Translations under genes and position numbers: made by a program
Notes under the pieces: model-generated
The model's input: the letters and a program-made list of their open reading frames with translations, nothing else
Database searches by the model: none
What the model was told of the DNA's origin: nothing
Source: Epithemia pelagica
Lineage: Eukaryota; Protista; Bacillariophyta
NCBI GenBank assembly: GCA_946965045.2
Contig: OX337236.1
Span: 1,178,001-1,242,000, forward strand
Length of the DNA: 64,000 nt
Direction: 5' to 3'
Part shown: one piece after another, positions 11,501 through 22,269 of the stretch
Layout: every line of letters begins with the position of its first letter
Position numbering within the stretch: the stretch's first letter is position 1

Positions 11501-12373
11501 ACAAGGTCCTGCTCTGGACTTGTCGATACGACATCCTGTTCGTTGACAGCAGTGTCGAATAGCGGCTCTTTGCTGATCCAGTCCACCTCCAACGAGGTGT
11601 TTCATTTCATTAGTATTGTGTCTGCCCCGAATCGAATCGATTCTGGAAAGTTCGTCTTGTCGATGCTCTCGCGAGATGGTGAAATTGTAGCGATGGTTCA
11701 CGAGACGGGAACAGACGAACTCCGAATCCAATTCTTTTCGATCAGGAGACAAGACGACAAGTGGCGGGGAATGGGCAATGACCTTGTCGTCCCACGTGGG
11801 TTCTCCATTGGCGCCCTGTCTGTTGATGGACATGGAGTTGCATTCGTGAAAACTGAAGACAATGGAGCTCGCGTCAAGGTGTATCGATATGATTCTGTTT
11901 CAGCGTCGTGGTATGAACTTGGCGATGAAATTCCCACAAAATTGTCTCCTTCCATTTCATTGTCAGGCGACGCGTCAGAGATGGCCATTGCGGATTCATC
12001 GGGCAAGCTACAGTCTCTTTCTCTTGGACCTGTTTGTCAACCAGGTGAATCCGAGTATCGAATATTTCTGATTATGGAGAATGATCAATTCGCACGCTGG
12101 TCCTTGCGTGTTCCTCCCGCCGCCAATAACACACGTTCCCAGCACGTGTTGCATACCGAAAGTCCCGTGTATGGTCCGGGACCGCTCAAAGCGTTGCAAA
12201 CAGTGTGTCTCCCAAACTCAATGACATGTCCCCTCTTGGAATACACAACGACCAGAGCCAATGACGTTCCGGACGGCAATCCACTACTATCAGTACGAAT
12301 GGACCATCAGGAAGTGTTACGGTTAAGTCCCGCTTCATACGATGGATCGTTCGCAGTGGGAGTGGACTGTTAA
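8580..12373 (+). CDS. Large multi-pass membrane protein with extracellular EGF-like, Cys-rich (LNR-like) and beta-propeller-like regions
   Basis: Exon 1 is 8580-9327. Intron 9328-9398 (GTACGT...CTAAC...CACAG). Splicing gives VRIAEFIALVISIPLQD in frame with the 9458-12373 ORF. Several TM helices including FFNFIALQFINDLD; EGF motifs CRCP..HFGRRCE and CQC..GTSGYHCE; DGGDCC motif. Confidence 0.8.
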
Positions 12374-12788
12374 CGTTACGGAGGATACCCACCCTGAGGG
12401 ACAGGGACTGCCTCCGCACAAAATGTTTATTGTTTATCTCGTGAAGGAAACAATATCTTAAGTATCAGGACAATACGTGCAAGCTAGCTAAACTGTATAT
12501 ATACAATGATTCATGTGTAGAATGGTGAAAAGGGAACAGACTTTATGAAGAAAGTACAAGTTTCGAACCTGACTAAGGACCTCTTTGTCATTTTTCTGTT
12601 GCAACCAGGTGAAAGAAGAAGCGATCGATATTCGACCAAGAATGATACGTCATTTTCTTTTCCAAAGACCACGGCCATTACCGGAATGACAAACGTTGCT
12701 TACAGCAATAGATGTGACTCGCAAAATGCGATATCTGTGCGTGAACGATTCGTGGTGAATGGCATGTTCGATATGTGCCCATTACAAG

Positions 12789-13853
12789 CTACAAGTCATG
12801 TCGTTCCAGAAAGTCACGACAAAGAGTGGCAAAGCCCTGTGCATCTTGATTGATCATATTCAAGGTAGAGGTTGGTCCTTTCAAGAATTCTTGTTCCCGT
12901 GCACCAGAAGAAGGGCGTGGTGTGTTTGCTTGCTGGCTGGTGTCATGTCCTTGTTTGTTACTGGGTGATGCGGTTTGCAACAACTCAAAGGCCTCTTGGA
13001 ATCGCCGGGTTCCATCCAATCCAATGGCATCCAACATGGTGGCACATGCCTCTCCGGGAACACACAGGACGGGACATGTTACCTGTTGCGCCGGTGTTTC
13101 AAAATCGTATCGGGACAAGTCGGTCATGACAATTCCACGCGCATAACGAGCCCGTCGATTCACGAGGTAGGTAATTTCACTTTGCACGACCCGAAAATTC
13201 AGTTCCTCCTCCAACCAGGATATCCGTTTGTTGTGCAAGGCCACGAGATGCGATCCGTCTGCCTGCAAGACAAAGGGATCCTCGCGTATGTTGTTGGAAG
13301 AGGACGAGTCGAGGCTGATGCTGCTGTCGTTCTGGGACAGTGGCATGGATGAAGTTGGAGTATAAAAGGGGTTGGCCAAGATACAGGCTGCGATACGATC
13401 CGGATAGCGAGAGGCCAAGGAAATGGCATGGTAGTTTCCCATGAGATTGCCCACCAAAACACAGGATGGCAGTTTGGCCGTATCCTTGTCATGGTCCACC
13501 GTCTTGGAATGTCGCTGCTCCTGCAAGACAGCGGTGACGACCTCGAACATGGCGTCGGCGACTTCGTCGACGTTACAGGAACGTATGGGATTAGAACTCA
13601 CGCCATATCCTGGTGCATCCAAGGCAATGACCAGACGACCACCATCGCCTCCTCTTGCTTCCGCCAATAGTGGAAGGGCTTCCAAAAATTCATCGGACGA
13701 TCTCGGGGAGCAATGGAAACACACAATGGGAGGCTTGTCAACAACAAGGGATTCGCCTCCACCATCCCCTTTTGTTTCTCTTCCATCGCAAAGCAGATAC
13801 CCGATTGCACCCAAGGCTGTTGGAATTATCCCTCGAGTGATGGACAACATCAT
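12789..13853 (-). CDS. Alpha/beta-hydrolase-fold protein with a non-canonical nucleophile elbow
   Basis: CFHCSPRSS, VIALDAPGYGVS, LVGNLMG, YPDRIAACIL, VTCPVLCV, FATLCRDFL. Confidence 0.8.
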   Translation of the reverse strand: MMLSITRGIIPTALGAIGYLLCDGRETKGDGGGESLVVDKPPIVCFHCSPRSSDEFLEALPLLAEARGGDGGRLVIALDAPGYGVSSNPIRSCNVDEVADAMFEVVTAVLQEQRHSKTVDHDKDTAKLPSCVLVGNLMGNYHAISLASRYPDRIAACILANPFYTPTSSMPLSQNDSSISLDSSSSNNIREDPFVLQADGSHLVALHNKRISWLEEELNFRVVQSEITYLVNRRARYARGIVMTDLSRYDFETPAQQVTCPVLCVPGEACATMLDAIGLDGTRRFQEAFELLQTASPSNKQGHDTSQQANTPRPSSGAREQEFLKGPTSTLNMINQDAQGFATLCRDFLERHDL

Positions 13854-14068
13854 TCTAAAAAGCAATCCTCTCTATTATCGTCAGCAGGGAAAAAATGGGT
13901 CGAAGAGATGAAGAGAAATTTGGTCGCGGAAAACAGCTCAGTGATTGAATGGCCCGAGTTTGTTTGATCTCTCTTTTTGTCAATCGTTCCGAAGATCTTT
14001 CCGGCGTAGTATCTTGCTCCTAATAGCTGCCAACGATTGCACCTCAAGAAACGAGAAAAGAATCCACC

Positions 14069-14205
14069 ATGAGATTGACGGCTCCTGTGTGGTGGTACGG
14101 TCTATGTGCCGCCTCCTTGCTTGCGCTTAGCAACGGCTTTGTTCTGCAACCGACACTGCCTTCCATCTCCAACAGACACCAACCAGTGCCAACAGTTGGG
14201 CCGCC

Positions 14206-14239
<34 letters not shown>

Positions 14240-14944
14240 TTGACAATCCTTCGTGCCGCATTGCCTGGAATGGAGGATATGGAATCGGCTCGCACGGCCT
14301 TTTTCATTTGGTTCTTTGGTGCTTCGGGAGCGGCCGGTATTGCTCGATCCGCCTTTCCTCGCATGTACGACTCGTTTCGAGCGATTCAAGAACTCAAGGG
14401 GCAAGGGCCCACCCTGGGAGGTCCCTCGCTCGGCATTCCGCTCTTGCTAACGGGATATCCCGAAGACTTGTCCACAGCCAATGTCCAACAAGTCCTCAAC
14501 AACCCCTTGTCCGTCGACCAAATGGTACAAAAGTATCCAGTGGCCGACAATTTCTGGTCGGAAAAGGGATATCTCACCTTTCAAGCCTTTTCGCAAGCCA
14601 ATGCGAAATGCAATCCCTTGACGGTACGGGCGATTTTTGATACCTTTGCCACCAGTACCAATACGGTAGAACCCGCCGTCGCGCAAGACAAGTTGGACCT
14701 GTACAAACAAGATTTGAGCTCGCTCAAACAAGGCCTGATTGCGAGCAAACTGGTGAGTTATTCAGCCATTGCCACCTTGCTGTTTCTCTTGGGATTGGCG
14801 GATGTGACTGCGGCGGGACATGCCTACCATGGATGGTTCCCCGAGTGGCCCGGTGCTGTGGACTTTCCATGGTCCATTTTGGATTCCGAAAAGGGACTGG
14901 CCACCATTCCACAATACTGGATGTCCGATGTGCCGACCGAGTAA
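14069..14944 (+). CDS. Hypothetical plastid-targeted membrane protein
   Basis: Signal peptide ending SNG-FVL, followed by an S/P-rich transit-like stretch. Two hydrophobic segments. Clean 291-aa ORF. Confidence 0.75.
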
Positions 14945-15692
14945 ATTTTAGTAAAAATCAACCAACAACACCAGTGACAAGCAAGAGCACAGAATCTCAA
15001 GAGTACCTCGCAGAGTCTCCATTGTATTGACAAGAGAAGTGCCATGAGCGTGTCGGTACTAGACGGTACAGTGACTGTGAATGGGTGCATGATCTCTTTT
15101 CTAGTTCTGGCCAACGAAATAGCTCAGTAGGAGTTCTGGCATAGCCCGTTGGAAGTTGGAATGCCGAGCTGGCCAATTTCTCGTGATAAAGTGAACGCGG
15201 AGCCTCTGTTCCAAACCAGCCATCTTTCGAGCGTTGACATGATCCTTTGTTGGATCTACCTCGTGCCTCTAGTACATCTTTCACACTGCTGTTGTCAGAG
15301 AAGATTCGTACTCCTACTCCTACCAGTTACTTGCCGCCATGGTCAAGTCATGTTAGGTATGGTAGCCTTTCCTCTACTCCAGTAGATAGGGTAGCTATGT
15401 GTCCCTTCCACAAGAATCAAACGTGGGGGCAAACACACGCAAACGCAACACGTCACGTCTCTCCCCCAAAGTTTAGAACCTGATGTGGTGCGGGTCTGGA
15501 ATCTGTTTCTGCCACCACAAATCGCGCCAATGGGATTTCCCGTTGACGAATTACCAAGAACCCCGCCGTTCCGATCGATTGAGTCTTTCCATTATTCCGC
15601 ATCGTTGTCGTATTGGTCCCCCGATCCAAGGTTTCGATTTCAGAACCGATTGGACATACATTGGCCGGTGAGCAATAACGACGACGAGCCAA

Positions 15693-17774
15693 ATGACGGA
15701 TCACGACATCACCAGCACTACCATGCTCCGTATGGGCAATCCCCGTCGCAAACAAAAACAACGAGACCTTCCAACAGCCAGGGTTGTCGATCGTCTATCG
15801 TTGTATTCCAAGGACTGTCGAGAATTATTGCAACAAGCGCTGGATATCTTGCCGGAGGAGCAAGTCTTTCCACATCACGTCTCCACTACTCAGACCAATA
15901 AGAGTCGCTTTGCCGATTCGTCATCATCCGAAGAAGAAGACGACACAGCCTACAAAACGGGAGAGGGAAACGAAGAAGAAGAAGACAGCAGTGGTCGTGA
16001 CTCGGATGAGAACGACGACCAACCGGATAAAACAGAAACTTTGGATCAGAACAAACAAGAATCCCCTGTGGTGGATGATTCCAAGGCAAAGCACCAAACA
16101 ACAAAGAAAAACCCACTCAAGAATAAAAAAGTCGATGATCGACAGCGGGAGGCGTCTGTTCGCAAACATGTTGATCTTTTGATGTGTCATGCCTTGTCTC
16201 TTCCGTCTGACTATGCCAGTTCTCCTACCAGCAGCCTCGCTCATGCGACTGTGCCAGCAGACTTGCACATTTCGTCGTCACTGCTTTCCAAATCAACTCG
16301 ATTGGAAGGCAATGATCGTGCCATGGCACAATCCTTTTTGGATCTGGCCAATCATTTACAGGGTGTGGCACCGGGAGCCGCTGAACCGCAACACCAGGCC
16401 AAGTCCATTCTGGTCTTGAGCTTGCGTTCGGGTCGATTTGCGACGGCCTTGTTTCAAGAGGGGCGCTGCACACATCATCGAACGGCACAACGTTATACGG
16501 TACGAAAAGGACAGGGCAAGGCACAATCCGTCCAAGATGGACAAAAGGGAAAACCGAAATCCATGGGTTCGCAATTGCGACGGGCGGGAGAGGTGCAACT
16601 CAAGGAAGATTTGCGACAAACGCTACAGGACTGGCACTCGTTGTTGCAGCCGGATCGTTGTGCCTTGATTTTGATATCGTGTCCCAAAACCATGCTTTCT
16701 ACCCTGTACGAATGCATGGATCCCATTGTCCCTCGTACCGATGCTGTCGACAACCGAATACGACGTGTACCTTTGGATGTCGGACGGCCGACACTCGAAA
16801 ATGTGTTCCTCATTCATGACGTTCTTACTTGCGTCACGGTACGGAAACGGCTCACCACCTCCACCACCAACACAACAACATCCACAAGTGTGCACCAACA
16901 ATCACCCGTCTCGGCGCAACAACAACAACAAGAACAACAGCAACAGGACGACGAACGAAGCACCAGAACCACAGAGGAACCAGCGGCAAAAGTTATCATC
17001 CCATTGACAGACTGGCATACTGCGGCCAAGAATGGAGATTTGGAGTTGATTCGAAAACTATTGTCACGAAACGACGACCACGAGGAAGAAACTCACACCG
17101 ACAATGACAAGACTGATATCATCAACCTGGGTGCCGGCATGGATCTCATGACACCCTTGCATTATGCGGCCAATTGCACGGCGACTGACAACGGACCGAG
17201 TGGTGGTGTTGATCCAACCGTGGCCGCCGATATGGTGATGGCATTGTTGGTGGAGGGCCAGGCCGACCCGTCACGTGTCGATGCCCGCAATCGACCACCC
17301 TATTTCTTGGCGGTACACGAAAAGGTCCGCAATGCCTTTCGCATGGCCCGATCGTCCTTGGGAGAAGACTATTGTGATTGGGATGGCGGTGCCCGTGTGG
17401 GTCCACCGTTGTCTCTGTCGGATGTGCAAGAGCGGAAGGACAAGGAAGCGGATAAGAAGAAACGCAAAAAGGCTCGTCAAAAAGAAAAACGAGCCAAGGA
17501 ACGTGCGGAACAACAAGAGCAAGCAAAACTAGAAGAACAACAAAAGCAAGATCAAGCCGCTCAAGTAGAGGCCAAACGGATTCGTGATGGATTGCAGCCC
17601 AAGGTAGTCTCGGGCGCCAATGTCTGTGATTACTGTCAAACCGGCGTCAAGGGTCGGCAACGAAGTCAAATGTTTCGTCGATTGGAGTATTCGTATTGCA
17701 GTACCGACTGTGTACAAAAGCACAAGCGGGAACTCATGGCATCTGCAGCTCTAGCCCGATTCCAACCATCGTAG
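15693..17774 (+). CDS. ANKZF1: ANKZF1/Vms1 (VLRF1 domain, ankyrin repeats, coiled coil, C-terminal treble clef)
   Basis: LRSGRFA...HRTAQRYTVRKGQGKAQS...GSQLRR (VLRF1); HTAAKNGD and TPLHYAA (ankyrin); CDYC...YCSTDC. Confidence 0.93.
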   Translation: MTDHDITSTTMLRMGNPRRKQKQRDLPTARVVDRLSLYSKDCRELLQQALDILPEEQVFPHHVSTTQTNKSRFADSSSSEEEDDTAYKTGEGNEEEEDSSGRDSDENDDQPDKTETLDQNKQESPVVDDSKAKHQTTKKNPLKNKKVDDRQREASVRKHVDLLMCHALSLPSDYASSPTSSLAHATVPADLHISSSLLSKSTRLEGNDRAMAQSFLDLANHLQGVAPGAAEPQHQAKSILVLSLRSGRFATALFQEGRCTHHRTAQRYTVRKGQGKAQSVQDGQKGKPKSMGSQLRRAGEVQLKEDLRQTLQDWHSLLQPDRCALILISCPKTMLSTLYECMDPIVPRTDAVDNRIRRVPLDVGRPTLENVFLIHDVLTCVTVRKRLTTSTTNTTTSTSVHQQSPVSAQQQQQEQQQQDDERSTRTTEEPAAKVIIPLTDWHTAAKNGDLELIRKLLSRNDDHEEETHTDNDKTDIINLGAGMDLMTPLHYAANCTATDNGPSGGVDPTVAADMVMALLVEGQADPSRVDARNRPPYFLAVHEKVRNAFRMARSSLGEDYCDWDGGARVGPPLSLSDVQERKDKEADKKKRKKARQKEKRAKERAEQQEQAKLEEQQKQDQAAQVEAKRIRDGLQPKVVSGANVCDYCQTGVKGRQRSQMFRRLEYSYCSTDCVQKHKRELMASAALARFQPS

Positions 17775-17978
17775 GTACGAAGGTTGAAGTGATAATAGAA
17801 TTGACCATTTCCCTTCTTCTGTAGACCTACATAGTGCCCGTTCGGCTATCCAACATAGCCGTAGTTGTGGCGACTTTGTCGCGACTAATGCGTACGAAGT
17901 ACGGACTCTCATTTTTACGCGACCTCACAGCTCTCTCATTTTTTGCTGTTCAGTAACACCCAAGGCCACGATCGAACA

Positions 17979-19118
17979 ATGACGGCGACATCGTCTTCTT
18001 CCGGTCCCTCTCCAGAGCACAAGGATGCATCGGAAGTATCGACAACAAACAGCGGCAGCAGCACTATTCAAAATCGTGATATGCTGGCCCTCAAGGCCTT
18101 TGTGCAAGCACAGGACCATGTCCGATACGATCACTTGAATCCTCAATTGGTCTTGTTGGATTTGACCCATTCCAACTTGAAGCAACGACATATTGAAATT
18201 CGATTTTCCCGACACGACACTCTGGCCTATTTGAAAAATCGTATTCATTTGAAAACGGGTACGCCACCACACCACCAGCATTTAATCTTTTACGATGGAA
18301 CGACCGAACTGGCCCAAGTTCCTGCCACGAGCAACAGCGATAGCACCACAGGCAATGACCAGGATCAGTTATCTTTGGGTTACTTTGGTTTGGATCATGG
18401 GATGCGGGTTCATTGCATTGACGTGAATCCCTTGTCAGAAAGTGCTCATGGTGGCTACGAAGACACCTCCTTGGTGGCCAAGTACGTCATGACCGACGAC
18501 GCATACAATGCTCGCAAAGGAACCTTGCGTGATTGGTCGCGACAACAAAAACAAGCCAAACCCAATTTTTCGCTCCATCGACACGCGGCGCAACAACGAG
18601 CCAAATCCGATGCCATTCGATTGCGCAAGGCCGGCTTGCCACTCCCTCCGGGCTTTTATATTGATTCGAGAGGAGAATTGGAATATGACAGTGATTACGA
18701 ACGTGATCAACAACAACAGCGCACTAAAGACACTGTGTCGCATGCAAGTACAGCGTCGGAACCCAAAGGAGGGGAAAGTTTCCAAGATCCTGCCATAGTT
18801 CAAGACATGACTGTTGGTTCCCGGTGTCAAGTCGAGCCAGGTCGTCGCCGCGGTACCATTCGCCATGTTGGTGAAATACCGGAACTGGGTCATGGTGGGT
18901 ATTGGATTGGCATTCAATTGGATGAACCGGTAGGCCAAAACGATGGACATGTCCAAGATAAAGTGTACATTCCCAATTTACCTCCTGGTTCACGCTATGG
19001 TCTCTTTGTACGACCTCATAAGGTACAAGTTGGAGACTTCCCCGAACGAGATTTACTCGACGACAGCGACGATGATGATGAACCAACCAATGAAATGGAC
19101 AGTGAAGATGAACTATAG
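17979..19118 (+). CDS. TBCB: Tubulin-folding cofactor B (ubiquitin-like + CAP-Gly)
   Basis: UBL region LKNRIHLKTGTPP; KYVMTDDAYNARKGTLRDW; CAP-Gly VGSRCQV...RRGTIRHVG...WIGIQLDEPVGQNDG...YGLFVRP. Confidence 0.95.
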   Translation: MTATSSSSGPSPEHKDASEVSTTNSGSSTIQNRDMLALKAFVQAQDHVRYDHLNPQLVLLDLTHSNLKQRHIEIRFSRHDTLAYLKNRIHLKTGTPPHHQHLIFYDGTTELAQVPATSNSDSTTGNDQDQLSLGYFGLDHGMRVHCIDVNPLSESAHGGYEDTSLVAKYVMTDDAYNARKGTLRDWSRQQKQAKPNFSLHRHAAQQRAKSDAIRLRKAGLPLPPGFYIDSRGELEYDSDYERDQQQQRTKDTVSHASTASEPKGGESFQDPAIVQDMTVGSRCQVEPGRRRGTIRHVGEIPELGHGGYWIGIQLDEPVGQNDGHVQDKVYIPNLPPGSRYGLFVRPHKVQVGDFPERDLLDDSDDDDEPTNEMDSEDEL

Positions 19119-19739
19119 TCATTCACTTGTAAATGTTCCTTCCGTTTCTTCCTTGCTAGGATTTGTCTTTGTAGTATTGCATGATGAAGTTGTTCACTCT
19201 ATTCGCATTGCCTGTTCTATTTATATATAGAACGGTGTATTCCAGCTCCTTCGTTGCGTTTGTCTGTTGCTTATCTCGTCCATGAAGGACATACCTAAAT
19301 TGCTTTACCAGCTACCGAAAGTGAAGCCTCACTTACAAGATCCTTTCTATCGATGTGACCTTGATATTGTCACGAGCCAATTCGAAACGCTTTCCAACTT
19401 CCAGCCCAATCTTTTCCAAAACGTTTCATCGAAAGAAACTCATCATTGACATGACCAAGGCGGGAATCTCAAATCCAACTTTGGCCTTCAAACGAGTATG
19501 GTTTTCCTGCTTCCAGGTACCACCCGTCCAATCACGGTCCCTTCCATGAGCTTGATTGAAACCAGGAACAAATGCCAAGAGGCTCAATGGACAAAGAGAT
19601 ATCTGTAATGACGGAAAAAAACTTAATCGCCTACTCGTGTAGCAAGTAGCAACTGATGAATAGATCCATCCAACGACTTGGAATGAGCCTTCTCCTTCTC
19701 GATTTTATCTTGAAGTATTTCGTGGATCTGCACATTTGA

Positions 19740-21674
19740 CTATGCACCTCCTTCCTCTTTCGCTTGTTGACAAAGGTCTTCCAGTCCAGGTTTGTAGACA
19801 TGGGTTTCCCAGTATTCTCGCTTTTGTACGTAGGAATAACAAGCCGCACTGGGACTTACACTCATGGCTGAAACAAGGGTAATGGTCCGAGGTTTGGATT
19901 TCCGAGAGTGTCCTGCTAGTCGGCGTTGATGGTTTGCCTCGAGTCTTTGACACACCTTGCCAAAGTGCTTTTCGGACTGGGCGTCGTTCGCTGCTTGAAA
20001 TACCAGTCGACCCTGAGCCACCGCCGGTTCCATCCATGACTTTAAAAAGTGCTTCAAAAATAACAAACACTGCTGGCCTCCATTGGCCATGACGATCCGT
20101 CGAATTCGAGGACACTCGTGTTCGACCAAGTTGGGGACGTCATTGGCGATTCCGTTTACAATATCTTTATCCAACGATGATGTGGACCGCTTACGATCAC
20201 ACGAACCAACGATATCCCATAGGACAAATCCATGACGCACCAATACATCTTCTTGTTCCTCGTAGGACAATATCGTATCATGGCGCAAATGCTGCGCAAA
20301 TTGGTATTTGTGGCCTGTGCGATCCGAGATTGCGGACCCCCGACGGAACCCCAAACAATCACCTGCGATCCACCAAAAGGCGCTGCAGCAGATATAGACA
20401 TCAGTGTGAGACATAAGGGTCGTAATTCTACATCCGCTCGGCGGAGTGGGGAGGCACGAGGAGGGGCTATTGACTCCGAGAAGGGCAATAGCTCCGAGAA
20501 GTGGACCGCCTTCTAAATCCGCGTCAGCGGATTTGGCGGTCCACGACGAGGAGCTATTGCCCGCCGAGGAGTCAAAAGCCCCGACAAGTGCCCCCACGAC
20601 CAAGAGGGGATGTCGCTTGCTTCTATAACCTCCGAGTCCCCCCTAATTAACTGTCACACTTTTTTCCCAGGACTGTTTTTTTTGCTCCGCACTAGCTTTT
20701 TTAGCTCCGCACTTGCTCGCGTATGAGAGCGCGGCCGTCGTGGGCAATATAAGGCTATATTAAACGAAAATCCTACTTCCATTCCGAGGAGCTATAGTAG
20801 CAAAAGACTAGTAGTCTTGCATAGTTGGAGATGGAAAAGAGCGAACTCAATCACCTCACCGAGGAGGTACCTACTTCATTGGGTTACCATAGTACTGCGA
20901 TCTCTCATGGGACTTGATTGAAGGATGCGTCCCCAATATTAGCGTGTGGTGGGACGGAATCGTGTTTGAGGAACTCATGGACTCCGGTGAGGTGAGTTTT
21001 GTTAGTGGGCCAAAAGAGCGAGAGCGTGTTCCAGCAGCAGGAGAGGATTTTGTCGACTGTGCGCTTTCAGATTGTTGGTTCGATCTCACCAATGTTGGAG
21101 GGAACTCGTTGGAGTTCGCATGGCGATGGCTGCTATGCTGAGTAGTTTGAGGTGGTCTCGCAGCGGCAGTGATTGTCGGAACCGACGAGGTGATTGTTGT
21201 TGCTGGGCCAAAAGAACGAGAGCGTTTTCCAGCAGCAGGAGAGGATTTTGTCGACTGTGCGCTTTCAAATTGTTGGTTCGATCTCACCAATGTTGGAAGC
21301 AACTGGTTGGAGTGCCCATGGCGATGGCTACTATGCTGGGTCGTTTGAGGTGGTCTCGCAACGGACGTGATTGTCGGCATCAATTTAGGTTTCTTGTAGG
21401 AACCAGGGCAACGAAACTTGGCGAACATGTTCGACGATGCTGGTGATCCCTCGTCAGCCAATTCCTCTTTAATTTTGATTTCGATTTCGGGGAACGATTT
21501 CCTTTTGCAGGATGCTGCGCTTTCGGGCATGCTCCCATCAATCGTATCACTTCTTGGAACGAGGACAACAGCACTTTCAGAGGATACAGGGGCAGTCGGA
21601 GGGGTGCTTTGGACTAGAGATTGCGTCAACTTCCCTGTGACTCGACTTCCATCACCAAAATATTTGCTTCTCAT
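19740..21674 (-). CDS. Uracil-DNA-glycosylase superfamily, family-6 (hypoxanthine-DNA glycosylase)-like protein
   Basis: Exon 1 is 21674-20875. Intron 20874-20383 (AA|GTAGGT...CTGCAG|C). Exon 2 is 20382-19740. Splicing restores LILGTHPSIKSHERSQYYGNPMNAFWWIAG; later motifs LWDIVGSC, SSLDKDI, NG and MSVSPS. Confidence 0.88.
20446..20597. other. 152-nt imperfect inverted repeat (rod-like hairpin) inside the glycosylase intron
   Basis: Stems GGCAC/GTGCC, GGGGCTATTGACTCC/GGAGTCAAAAGCCCC, GGGCAATAGCTCC/GGAGCTATTGCCC, GTGGACCGCC/GGCGGTCCAC and AAATCCGC/GCGGATTT; loop GTCA. Confidence 0.9.
21007..21379 (-). repeat. Two-copy 198-bp (66-aa) tandem duplication in the disordered N-terminus of the glycosylase
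   Basis: ARPPQTTQHSSHRH...PTLVRSNQQ.ESAQSTKSSPAAG.RSRSFGP occurs twice. GGGCCAAAAGA starts at both 21007 and 21205. Confidence 0.93.
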
Positions 21675-22269
21675 GACCACTTCTCCGTGAGATATACAGC
21701 ATGCCGCAAGCTTCAACTTACTTCAAACTACCATTGTGTGCTGGTCGCAAACGCATCGTGGATGGATCGTGGATCGTGGGAAGAAGCTAAGAAATTTGGC
21801 GATCGCGTCTGATTCCAGCCCGCTTCGTCTGTCCGTCGTCGAACCGCGCAGATCGTCACTTTTGACAATGGTCCGGTGACTGCTGATGTTGAGCGCGGAG
21901 AGTTCGAAACGGCATAGTATAGTGGATAATTCGTGAGAAGGAAGGCCATTCGGAATGAGTACGGCAAAGCACTATCGACGGTTTTCCAATCTGAGCTTAT
22001 GGAACTCATGTTGGCAGATTGCGCAGAGGCAGGTGTCATCGTCGTGATCACGTGGACGCACACTCATGGCCTTGGATCGAGGTGGTGCTTGCCCCTTGCC
22101 CACGATACTGAAGTTGAAGAAACCTTCTACGGGCAAACTGCTTCTTTCAATTTACAGAAGCGTTTATCACTACTACCAGAGCATCACCGTTCATATTTGC
22201 CCATTGTCCCAGTAACGTTGTTTCAACATGGGACGCACAGAAACGAAGATGAAAGGTACCAGACCACCT

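Noticed and set aside
14206-14238. (TCG)n microsatellite and similar CAA/ACC runs in other ORFs
   Set aside because: Ordinary poly-Ser/Gln/Thr tracts in coding low-complexity regions.
20433-20665. Identification of the intronic hairpin as SRP RNA, SECIS, hammerhead or a Helitron end
   Set aside because: No GNRA/helix-8 signature, no CUGAUGA/GAAA core, not in a 3' UTR, and no CTRR after a terminal hairpin. Left unassigned.
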